Source of the DNA: a virus
Strand: one strand, 5' to 3'
IMG/VR virus record: IMGVR_UViG_3300010334_000030
Span: 77,055-141,054 of that record
DNA length: 64,000 bases
The translations under genes were made by a program, and so were the position numbers. Each line of letters begins with the position of its first letter. The first letter of the stretch is position 1. Of the stretch, positions 38,426 to 47,225 are shown piece by piece. The notes below the pieces were generated by a model that was given only the letters and a program-made list of their open reading frames with translations, was not told where the DNA came from and did no database searches.

Positions 38426-40897
38426 TTATAGGCTATCCGAATTTACACATTTAAAAGGGGAGAACTGAGGAACATCCTCAAAGGAAGTTGAATTCATTCT
38501 TTTAACATGTGCCGCAATTGAAGGATAAAGATCTGAAGCTATATAATATAGTGTTTTTCCTAATATCTCTTTAACCCCTGAATTTTCTGGAGACTTTTTA
38601 GATGGCAGTTTAATAAGGGATAAAAATCCAGATAGTGACTTAGAAGGATCTTTAGACTCTTCTGTGCTCAGCTTATCTATAAGAGAATTACGATCGGATA
38701 CCACTATTTTAGCACCTTCAAAACCAAGTAAAAATATATCTCCTGAATCAACATCGCTTAAAGATGAATCTATGCTATCCTTAACTAATCTGTTACAGGT
38801 TGATTCACCCATAATATTATCATGGATCCACTTTATGCAGCTTACGAATTTATCACCATCAAAAGTTATACAATTCGAAAGCATAACCAAGAGATTATTT
38901 AGCATAGAGAAGTCCTTATCGTCTAAATCTGGAGATTTCTCATCAGACTGAAGAACAGATTTAATTGACTGTGCAATTGCTCCTTTTAATAAGTTATAGC
39001 TTATAAAAGGGATTGTACTGTTTTCAACGGAAGCAGAATAAACAGTTTGATATGCCTTAGAACCTTTTAGAGATTCTCCCGCTTTTTTGTTAAATTCTTT
39101 TATACCAGAGTATCTCCATTCAGGTCTAATTAAACCAAATGTTCTCCACCCGTTCATATAGTTTGTAATGAAGTCCAAGCAATCCTCATCATCTAAAGTT
39201 GTTAGCTTTCTAGACTCTGCCCATTTTTTCCAGTTGCAAGGTGTCTTTATTGAAGACGTTGATATGTTGATATTATAAACACCACCTGAAGTGTAGAAAT
39301 AAGAAAACTCACCCTCAGGTACTGCTCCATCTACAGCTTTGCTCCAAGCAGCAATAAAATCAGGGGTATATGAAGATTTGAGACTTCCATCACCCTTAAT
39401 AAAATCGTCACTTTCTATTTTTAGACTGTATTTTCTTCTAAGCTTCTTTGCTAAAGAATCAACACCTGTAGTTTTTGTACTATCAGATTCAGTGTCTTCC
39501 AATTGGGATACCTGAACACCAGCTCCTGCAATTGATTTATATTGGCTGTCTAATTCTTTTTCGAACTCTGAGTTGTTGATAAATATTTTCTCCTCGTTCA
39601 ATCTAGAATATCTTCTACCGTATGATCTTGATTCGTTTACTGGAGATTTAATCTTATCTACAGCATCTCTTATTGCTAATTTATCCTTGTTTGAAATCCA
39701 ATCAGAAGAAAGAAAAGAATCTAATAGACTTTTATCTATTTCACCGTTTGTGTTTTTGTTACCAGCCATTTTTTGGATGGTCATAACAACTGCATGCGTA
39801 GATGGACCAAATTTACCATTAAGTCCCTTTTTAGATTTAATCAATCTTGCAGCTGAAGGTATTCCGTTGCATAATGCAGTTTGTATAGCAAAAATTAAAC
39901 CACTATCTTTGAATCTAGGATCAGTGTCTGAATCTCCTCTCTTTATAGGAAAAAGAGATTTGCTGATCTCATTTTCTCTAGCTTCGTGTCCGTCTTTTAT
40001 ATCTTTTATTGCAATAGAATATTGAGTTTGAGCTCTTGTTAGGTTATCTAATGCCTGACGATTTAAATCTGCAACATCAACATAAGAAGAGTAAACTTCT
40101 TCCTCGCCTTCCAAGTTCTGTAAAGCTTTATTTGAAGCATTTACCAAGGATTTATTAAATTCATCTTGGAACTTTTCAACTTGTTTTTCTAAATCCTCTA
40201 ATATTTTTTTATTTTTCTCACCTCCACCTTTATAATCCAATGACTGCCTTCTTTGGTCTAATTCAATAAATGTTCTTTTCCAGTCTCTAGCATAGCCTCT
40301 ACTTGAATCCTTACCCTCAGATGATGTTATCAGATTAGCTAAAATCTTTTTTAGATTTTTAACTCTCCCCGAATATCCTATAAAGATAGATTCATTAAGG
40401 GATTCTGCTTCTGCCCTTAACATCTTTTCTTCTTCCTCCTCTGCTTGCTGTGCAATAGAATCCAAGGTGTTTTGAATTTTCATTGGATCTATTTTAAACT
40501 TCTTAAGAATAAATGAATCAGTTTTTCCTTTACCTATTTCAGAAGCTCTATTTAAAGCATCTAAGAATTTGCTTAGACTTTCTATATACAGTCTTTTAAC
40601 CTCTGCAAATCTAGAATCACTCACGTCCGCATCGTTAGAATAATCTAATAGCTTTCCAGTTAATGATTTTACGGTTTTAGATTTTGCTAAATCTGAAAGC
40701 TTATCCCTCATTACATCGGGATTTCTATCTCTCTTTTTAGCTAAATCAAAATTTAAAATCTTAAAAATGTTCAGTGCCTGATCACATATTTTAGAAAGTA
40801 CAGGTTCAACTTTCTCGTTCTCAAAAAGATTCTCATTATAAAATCCTAAAATACTCTTCGCAACTGGATTGTAAATATACGGGTTTTTATTCATCAT
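38426..40897 (-). CDS. Large putative virion-internal protein with a peptidoglycan-binding-like domain
   Basis: IKRGD...IQ.AL...NGKFGPST..VV..IQ...NGEID resembles PG_binding_1; coiled-coil N-terminal half; several LNE/VNE sites. Confidence 0.6.
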   Translation of the reverse strand: MMNKNPYIYNPVAKSILGFYNENLFENEKVEPVLSKICDQALNIFKILNFDLAKKRDRNPDVMRDKLSDLAKSKTVKSLTGKLLDYSNDADVSDSRFAEVKRLYIESLSKFLDALNRASEIGKGKTDSFILKKFKIDPMKIQNTLDSIAQQAEEEEEKMLRAEAESLNESIFIGYSGRVKNLKKILANLITSSEGKDSSRGYARDWKRTFIELDQRRQSLDYKGGGEKNKKILEDLEKQVEKFQDEFNKSLVNASNKALQNLEGEEEVYSSYVDVADLNRQALDNLTRAQTQYSIAIKDIKDGHEARENEISKSLFPIKRGDSDTDPRFKDSGLIFAIQTALCNGIPSAARLIKSKKGLNGKFGPSTHAVVMTIQKMAGNKNTNGEIDKSLLDSFLSSDWISNKDKLAIRDAVDKIKSPVNESRSYGRRYSRLNEEKIFINNSEFEKELDSQYKSIAGAGVQVSQLEDTESDSTKTTGVDSLAKKLRRKYSLKIESDDFIKGDGSLKSSYTPDFIAAWSKAVDGAVPEGEFSYFYTSGGVYNINISTSSIKTPCNWKKWAESRKLTTLDDEDCLDFITNYMNGWRTFGLIRPEWRYSGIKEFNKKAGESLKGSKAYQTVYSASVENSTIPFISYNLLKGAIAQSIKSVLQSDEKSPDLDDKDFSMLNNLLVMLSNCITFDGDKFVSCIKWIHDNIMGESTCNRLVKDSIDSSLSDVDSGDIFLLGFEGAKIVVSDRNSLIDKLSTEESKDPSKSLSGFLSLIKLPSKKSPENSGVKEILGKTLYYIASDLYPSIAAHVKRMNSTSFEDVPQFSPFKCVNSDSL

Positions 40898-40908
40898 ATC
40901 TTAGTTTT

Positions 40909-41181
40909 TTAATATCTAGGAGTAGTTCCAGGAGTTCCTCCCGGCGTGGTGTTTTTTAATTTTAATGCATCTGTAAGGGATTTCATTAAATTCGGAATCT
41001 TTGCATATAATTCAGACTGTTTAGTTAAACTAGTGATCTCACTATTAACATCACCAGCTTTTTTCAGTTTTTTAGCATCACTTATAGCATCAAAAGTTTC
41101 AGAAATTTGTGTTCTGATTCTTTCAATTTTAGTGTGCGTGCTATCAGCTTCGTTTACTACAAATTGGTCAAAGTTAAGCAT
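40909..41181 (-). CDS. Small putative head-internal protein
   Basis: Leader MLNFDQFVVNE closely resembles the T4 CTS. Confidence 0.6.
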   Translation of the reverse strand: MLNFDQFVVNEADSTHTKIERIRTQISETFDAISDAKKLKKAGDVNSEITSLTKQSELYAKIPNLMKSLTDALKLKNTTPGGTPGTTPRY

Positions 41182-42085
41182 ATCTTTTAGCTATTGTTAT
41201 TTTAGATCTAAGATCTCTGATCTCAGACATGTATTTTTCTCTAATTTCTTTTATCCTTTTGGCGGCATAATTTCTTTTAGCGACATCGTCAGGATTCTTA
41301 TCAATCTCAGTGTTTAGAAGATCTCTTTCCATATCTAGAGCGACATATTTATCATCTCTTTCATTAATAAGAAAAGAAACTAACTTCTTAGCAACGTCGC
41401 GAGGGAATCCCTTTACGGCTTCTGCAAATTCAACCACAGATAGTTTAGTTAGCATTTCAAATCTAACATCAGGGGTTCCTATTTCGTCAAAATCCATAGG
41501 AACTCTAGAAATCCTAGGGGATCTTTCCGGTGATCTCATTGATAAGAAATCTCCATATTCTTCTTTGAACTCTTTGTCCTTCTCTCTTGATTGGACTATT
41601 GCCCTTTTGTATTTAGAATATAAATCTTTCGATAAATCCTCATCAGCCAGCATCTTAGCTCTTCTGTACATCTCCTCAGAAACTTCTGAATCTATTCTTG
41701 ATTTATTTACTTCCCAGTAATCTTGAAGCCTTTTATTCTCACCTATAATTCTTTTAACCTTTAAAAAAATCTCGTCAGTTTTAGCCTTATGAGCTTTAGT
41801 TGCTGCAGGTAATATAGATTGATTACGATCTATCATACGCTCAATCCTTTTTATCTCTGCAGGATCACTCGAAGTTTGTCCTCTCTGTAATGAAAGTTTA
41901 TCTATTTCAGTTTTAACTTCGTCCCACTCGTCAACATATCTTAATTCAGCAGTTTTATATTCGCCTAATAATGTATCAATCTTTTGAATATGACCTCCGA
42001 AAGCTGAGCTTATCCAATTCTTCAGACGATCCGTCATTGATGACTCGTTTAATGCACTCCAATCTTTAAATTTCAACAAAGACAT
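41174..42085 (-). CDS. Coiled-coil putative head-internal protein
   Basis: Leader MSLLKFKDWSALNE; apparent paralog of 42085-43227. Confidence 0.6.
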   Translation of the reverse strand: MSLLKFKDWSALNESSMTDRLKNWISSAFGGHIQKIDTLLGEYKTAELRYVDEWDEVKTEIDKLSLQRGQTSSDPAEIKRIERMIDRNQSILPAATKAHKAKTDEIFLKVKRIIGENKRLQDYWEVNKSRIDSEVSEEMYRRAKMLADEDLSKDLYSKYKRAIVQSREKDKEFKEEYGDFLSMRSPERSPRISRVPMDFDEIGTPDVRFEMLTKLSVVEFAEAVKGFPRDVAKKLVSFLINERDDKYVALDMERDLLNTEIDKNPDDVAKRNYAAKRIKEIREKYMSEIRDLRSKITIAKRYA

Positions 42086-43227
42086 TATTTAGTTATTTTT
42101 TTGATTGCATTTTTAAGCTTGTCTACTTCAACTTCTCCAGTTCCGTCCTTTAGGTTCTTAGCAAACAGGGAAGTTATAATTTTTTTAGTTCCAGTATTAG
42201 CATCTTGTCCGTCTATTACTGAGTAGTTGATCATATCTATAATATTAGAAAATCCACTACCAGATAGCTTAGATTTTATTTCATCAGGATTACTACCTAA
42301 AGATTTAAAAGCACTCAAAAGATTAGTTTTAGAATCTAAAGTTGAAGCTAATTCAAGAAGTTGAATTTTTGTATTATTAACAAATCCAACCGATGCTTTT
42401 CCTTTAGAGCTTAACTTCTTTTCTAGAGCTTTTAGTACAGTTTCCATCTCTGACTTTATATCTATTATCTCTTTAGCTAGCTCATTTTTTCTCTTTATAA
42501 GATCAGATGATTTCTTAGAAGATATTTTCTTTTTCTCCTCTTGCGCATCAACCCTTTCGACAGGTTTTATATTTTTTTCTTCCTCTGCACTATCTTCAAT
42601 ATCATCTTCAAGCTCTTTAATCTTCTCTGCAGCTTCACGTTTAGCTTTTAGTATTTTCTCCTCGTATTTTTTATTCTCCGAAGAGCTTGATCTTTCCTTA
42701 GCTATTTTGTATTCATTTTTAGCTATAGCTATTTCATCCTCCGCGCGTCCTGCTTCGTAATACTCCTTTCTTCTAGGACTGTTTGCAACCAGCTTAGAAA
42801 TATGTTCTAAACATTTTTTAATCTTCAATTTTTGAGATTTTAAATAGGTTTCTAGCTCTTTAATTTTGGAATCCCGGTCTTTTGTTAGCGCTAACATTTT
42901 TTGTCTATCGTTAGATCTTGACAGTAAACTTATCTGGTCCTGAATATCATCAATCTCATTTTCAAGATTTGCTCTTTGTTCAATCACATCTATTTCAAGA
43001 TCAACTAGTATTTTTCTAGTATCATCGATCATCCCAGTTCTAGATAAAGGACCTAAAAAAAACTTGGAAGCTGAATTTTTAATTCTATCCATTAAAGCAC
43101 CTTCGTTTACGGTGTAATAAGGGTCTGCTCTTTCAAGTTCAGAAAACCCCCTTATTAAATCGGAATCAACAGATTCTAAAAGTGAATCATATTTTTTGAA
43201 TTCGTTAAATGATGGAATATTTTTCAT
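42085..43227 (-). CDS. Coiled-coil putative head-internal protein
   Basis: Leader MKNIPSFNEF..LLE; GATATATA at 43256-43263. Confidence 0.6.
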   Translation of the reverse strand: MKNIPSFNEFKKYDSLLESVDSDLIRGFSELERADPYYTVNEGALMDRIKNSASKFFLGPLSRTGMIDDTRKILVDLEIDVIEQRANLENEIDDIQDQISLLSRSNDRQKMLALTKDRDSKIKELETYLKSQKLKIKKCLEHISKLVANSPRRKEYYEAGRAEDEIAIAKNEYKIAKERSSSSENKKYEEKILKAKREAAEKIKELEDDIEDSAEEEKNIKPVERVDAQEEKKKISSKKSSDLIKRKNELAKEIIDIKSEMETVLKALEKKLSSKGKASVGFVNNTKIQLLELASTLDSKTNLLSAFKSLGSNPDEIKSKLSGSGFSNIIDMINYSVIDGQDANTGTKKIITSLFAKNLKDGTGEVEVDKLKNAIKKITK

Positions 43228-43318
43228 ATTACTACACGAGTCTAATTTTACTTAGTATATATCCTTTTCAGTTTCGGTATCTTAATGTTAAAGAGGAAAA
43301 TGTAAGCATGGGGCAAAT

Positions 43319-43348
43319 AAAAAACCCTAAGGCAACTTAGGGTTTTTT
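43319..43348 (-). terminator. Intrinsic terminator after the major capsid gene
   Basis: AAAAAACCCTAAG-GCAA-CTTAGGGTTTTTT. Confidence 0.9.
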
Positions 43349-43366
43349 GTATGTTTAGTTTAATGA

Positions 43367-45145
43367 TTAAACTATACCACCTGATGGGATGTTTACGAAG
43401 AATGTAATATACATTGTTTCAGGTAAGAAACCAGCTTCAACTAGAGCGTATCTAGATTTAACTGCGATCTTAGGAGACATTGTACCTTCAGAGATAGTCT
43501 GAATTGATTCAGCCATCATGTAAGGCATAAACTTAAGACCTGGTTCGTCATCACCACCTTTTCTACCAACTAGGATTCTAGTATCGGCGTAGTTCATGTT
43601 CTGATCTACGTAAACAGTCATACCAGCAAGAGAACCTACAGGGTATAATGTACCGTTATTTTGAGTCAAAGTGTTAGAGAATGGAGCGAATGTGAACTGG
43701 CTAATGTCTTGCAAAGCAGAAGCGATTTGAGAGTTAGTAACGATGAAGTTAGCAGGTCCTCTTCTACCTCTGTTAGCAACTACGTTAGCAGCAGCAAGGA
43801 TTCTAGAGAATAATCTTCTTTGTAAAGTTGATTGGTTCTCAAAGTTGTTAGTCGCGATTTGACCAGGAACTGCTAAGGTAACACCAGAGTCATCTTTACC
43901 TACGTAAGCAGCTGTGTTAGCAGCAGCTGAAGTAGACAAGTTCAAGTTCAAGTTTTGTCCATCAACGTTGTTGAATTGTACGTGGTTTGACCAACCTAAA
44001 GCGAATGCTCTAGAAAGGATGTGCTTGTTAATAGCTTGAGAAACCTCGTTAACAAGAGCGTTTTCAATCATTGAAATCACATCGATACCGAATTGCTTAT
44101 TCAAATCTTGGATTTGCTCAGTTGTAACAGAAGCAGCAACTTGGAAAGTCTCAGCTTCTACGAACTTAGTGAAAGTAGAAAGACCCATTGAGTTGTAGTA
44201 TGTAGATTCTCCAACCGCTCTTAACATTGGGTTGTAAGTCTTAGTACCATCAACATATGGTCCTTGTAAAGCATTGTCATTGTTGAAACCAGCACCAGAG
44301 AAACCTTGGATATGATCTTCAAGAGCTTTAACCAATGAAGCTGTACTTGCAACAGTTGCAGTTGCAAGAGGAGCAGTAAGTGAAGCAGCAGCAGTTGCAG
44401 CAGCAGTAGCGCTATAAGGAGAAGCTACAACTTTAATGTAAGCAGCAGTTGTAGTTTGAACTATACTAGCAACGTTATATCCATTAGTAATGTCCAAGAT
44501 ACTGAAGATTGGACTTCCGTCTATTCTTGAAAGACCAACAAATGCAGCACTAATGTATGCAGAAGCTGTACCAATTACGTAAGTGATACTGCTTGAGTTT
44601 GCAGCAGAAGGAATGCTAAATGTTCCTGATGTAGCACCTACAGTACCAGTAGCGCCGTAAGCAGCAAATTTAATCATTGCAGGAGCATCAGCTAAATCTG
44701 CACCAGCAGAAGCTGAAGTAGCACCAGAGATTTTACCACCAGCATATACGTAGTCTAAGTAAGACAAGATACCAGTAGGACCAGACATTGGGATAACAGG
44801 AACGATATCAAAACCAACAGTCTTCGCAGCTACTTGAATAGCTAAAGGAAGTAATGAAGGGAATTTATCGCCTGAACCTTGATATCCAGTGTTGTAGAAG
44901 TTAGCATTAGCACTCGTACCAAAAGTAGTGTTACCGTAGCTAGCACCTGGGAATAAAGGAGCTTGTACAGCACCCATACCGTTTACTACACCTAAAGTGT
45001 TGTAAGCACCAGCAGATTCGTTTAATGAATGGTAGTGACAATATTTAGTCAGCCATCCTTTTTTGCTTTCATCTGTAATACCTGCTTTGCTCTCGATTAG
45101 AGGCGCCCAAGTACTATAGATTTCTTGTTCGTTAATCAATTTCAT
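43367..45145 (-). CDS. Major capsid protein (T4 gp23-like)
   Basis: DIVPV.PMSGPTG, T.EQIQDL..Q.G.D, RRG.ANF, FMPY, P.I..KSRYAL; follows the protease gene and ends at a strong terminator. Confidence 0.92.
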   Translation of the reverse strand: MKLINEQEIYSTWAPLIESKAGITDESKKGWLTKYCHYHSLNESAGAYNTLGVVNGMGAVQAPLFPGASYGNTTFGTSANANFYNTGYQGSGDKFPSLLPLAIQVAAKTVGFDIVPVIPMSGPTGILSYLDYVYAGGKISGATSASAGADLADAPAMIKFAAYGATGTVGATSGTFSIPSAANSSSITYVIGTASAYISAAFVGLSRIDGSPIFSILDITNGYNVASIVQTTTAAYIKVVASPYSATAAATAAASLTAPLATATVASTASLVKALEDHIQGFSGAGFNNDNALQGPYVDGTKTYNPMLRAVGESTYYNSMGLSTFTKFVEAETFQVAASVTTEQIQDLNKQFGIDVISMIENALVNEVSQAINKHILSRAFALGWSNHVQFNNVDGQNLNLNLSTSAAANTAAYVGKDDSGVTLAVPGQIATNNFENQSTLQRRLFSRILAAANVVANRGRRGPANFIVTNSQIASALQDISQFTFAPFSNTLTQNNGTLYPVGSLAGMTVYVDQNMNYADTRILVGRKGGDDEPGLKFMPYMMAESIQTISEGTMSPKIAVKSRYALVEAGFLPETMYITFFVNIPSGGIV

Positions 45146-45169
45146 GATTTGTGTTTATTATTTTTGTTT

Positions 45170-47164
45170 TTATCTGTTTGTAAACTTTTTCTCTAAAGCA
45201 GAAGCTATGTAACTCATATAATCTGATGAGTAAGCTTGAGCTGCTTGAGATTGGTTGTTTGAAACCTCTTCGCTTTCTTGAAGCTTCTGAAGACCTACTG
45301 GGCTAGTTCCAAGTTGACGTGTTGACCAGAAATTTTTGATCTGGTATGGGGTATCTAATCTATAGAAGTTAGACTGAGCAACAATTGATTGCTTGTGTCC
45401 TTCTGATAGTGATTCCCAAACCTGAGCATACTCTTCAGGCATTTCATCAATAAATTTGAAACCTGTTTCATGTAAGTTCTCCTCTGATTCATTAAGCATT
45501 TGTTCTGCCTTTTGTTTGTTGGCGTTTTTAGCTAATCTATTAGCTGCTTCGTTTATATTCTCCTCAGTTTTTTTGGTTTGAACTGATTCAATTAGAGAGT
45601 CGATTTTTGATGAGATATCATCGTAGCTTCCTGCAAATCCAGATTCGTTAAGATCTGATTCAACTGTAAATTCTACGCTTTCTCTTAAGTTAGTTTGGTT
45701 GCTGTAAGGATTTCCCTTCTGTACTGATTCTGCAATATACTCACTGTAAGAAATTGATCTACTAAGTTTTTCTGCTAAGTACTCAGAATAATCTATGCCC
45801 TTATTTAGATTTTCTGCTAAATAGTCAGTATATTCAATACCTCTGTTTAGATTTTCTGCAACATACTCAGTATATTCAATGCCGTCATTTAATTTTTCGG
45901 CTAGGTACTCAGTATAAGCAACACCTTTATTTAGATTTTCTCCAAGATACTCAGAATAAGAAATGTTATTATCAACATTCTCAGCTAAGTACTCAGAATA
46001 TTGGATGTTTTGATCCAACTTCTCAGCTAAATACTTAGAGTACTCGATATTATTATCTACGCTTTCTGCAACATATTCTGTGTAAGAGATTGACTTATCA
46101 ACGTTCTCAGCTAAATACTTAGAATATGAAATTGACTTGTCAACGTTCTCAGCTAGGTATCTAGAATATGAAATTGACTTATCCAAATTCTCAGCTAAAT
46201 ATTTGCTATAAGTGATGCTATTGTCAAGATTCTCTGACAAATATTCGCCATACTTAATAGCGTTTTCTAAATTTTCAGCTAGGTAATCTGAATATTTTTC
46301 AAGTTTAGCAACTCTTTCTTCCAATTCGTAAGAATCGTTAGTGGGTTGTTTTTGTTCTTTTAAGTCTGCAATGACTGACTTCATAGAATCCATTTCTTTT
46401 TTCAAGAAAACTGAATACTTATTTAGCTCGTCTGCGGTAACAAATTCATTGTTCTCCATAAGGGCTTTCTTATTTTTATTATCCGTTTTGTTTATGATAT
46501 TGTAAAATTCCTCATTATCAACTTTATATATCTTTAATGAAGATTCATTTTCTAGACCTAGAGATTCATTTATACACTCAAGATCATTAGTTATGCTATT
46601 AGACTGGAAACTCTTAAATTCCTCTGAGCTAAACCCTGCGCTCTCGTACACTCTATCAAGCTGTGCATTTTGAAATCCAGGATCAGCAACTAGGTCATAT
46701 GTGAAAATCTTTTTAATTTGAACCTTTTTGTCGTTACCAACTGAACCTGCTGCTCTAGACGATATAGATAAAGGAATACCTGCATCCACAATTTTTTTTG
46801 CTACTTCTCCTGCTGGGGTATCTAAAAGTTTAACTTTAATTCTTAAAGTTTTGTCACCCTTATTATGAATTAAATCTGTAACAAGGTGAGAAATATTTTT
46901 AAGAGAAACATCAAATTTTTCAGGATGATCCAATTCACCAACTAATCTTTTTTGATCTATCTTCTCTTTTAAATACTCAAGATGGGGAAGATACTCTTTT
47001 TCCTCGTATATTCTGTGGTTGTTGTTTTCTTTACCAAAAACCGCTGCAATACCCTCTAAAAGATATTCATTATCAGAAGACTTCTTTGACTCGAGAACAA
47101 AATCCTGCTTATCCAGGATAAACACCATTTGCTCAGTTAATAAATTATCTTTCAATCTCGGCAT
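45170..47164 (-). CDS. Prohead protease (gp21-like) fused to a scaffold/core domain
   Basis: N.N.RIY, GELDHP, NISH, LLDTPAG, ISSRAAGSV, TYDLVADPGF; C-terminal 14-aa repeats; GATATATA at 47191-47198. Confidence 0.92.
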   Translation of the reverse strand: MPRLKDNLLTEQMVFILDKQDFVLESKKSSDNEYLLEGIAAVFGKENNNHRIYEEKEYLPHLEYLKEKIDQKRLVGELDHPEKFDVSLKNISHLVTDLIHNKGDKTLRIKVKLLDTPAGEVAKKIVDAGIPLSISSRAAGSVGNDKKVQIKKIFTYDLVADPGFQNAQLDRVYESAGFSSEEFKSFQSNSITNDLECINESLGLENESSLKIYKVDNEEFYNIINKTDNKNKKALMENNEFVTADELNKYSVFLKKEMDSMKSVIADLKEQKQPTNDSYELEERVAKLEKYSDYLAENLENAIKYGEYLSENLDNSITYSKYLAENLDKSISYSRYLAENVDKSISYSKYLAENVDKSISYTEYVAESVDNNIEYSKYLAEKLDQNIQYSEYLAENVDNNISYSEYLGENLNKGVAYTEYLAEKLNDGIEYTEYVAENLNRGIEYTDYLAENLNKGIDYSEYLAEKLSRSISYSEYIAESVQKGNPYSNQTNLRESVEFTVESDLNESGFAGSYDDISSKIDSLIESVQTKKTEENINEAANRLAKNANKQKAEQMLNESEENLHETGFKFIDEMPEEYAQVWESLSEGHKQSIVAQSNFYRLDTPYQIKNFWSTRQLGTSPVGLQKLQESEEVSNNQSQAAQAYSSDYMSYIASALEKKFTNR
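45728..46295 (-). repeat. 14 x 42-bp (14-aa) coding repeat, consensus YSEYLAENLDKSIS
   Basis: 14 Y-x-x-Y-[LVI]-[ASG]-E units counted in the translation. Confidence 0.95.
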
Positions 47165-47225
47165 ATTATTAAGAATTTTTCTCTATTTATTATATATCAA
47201 TCGTTGATTTGATTTTTCTGATATT

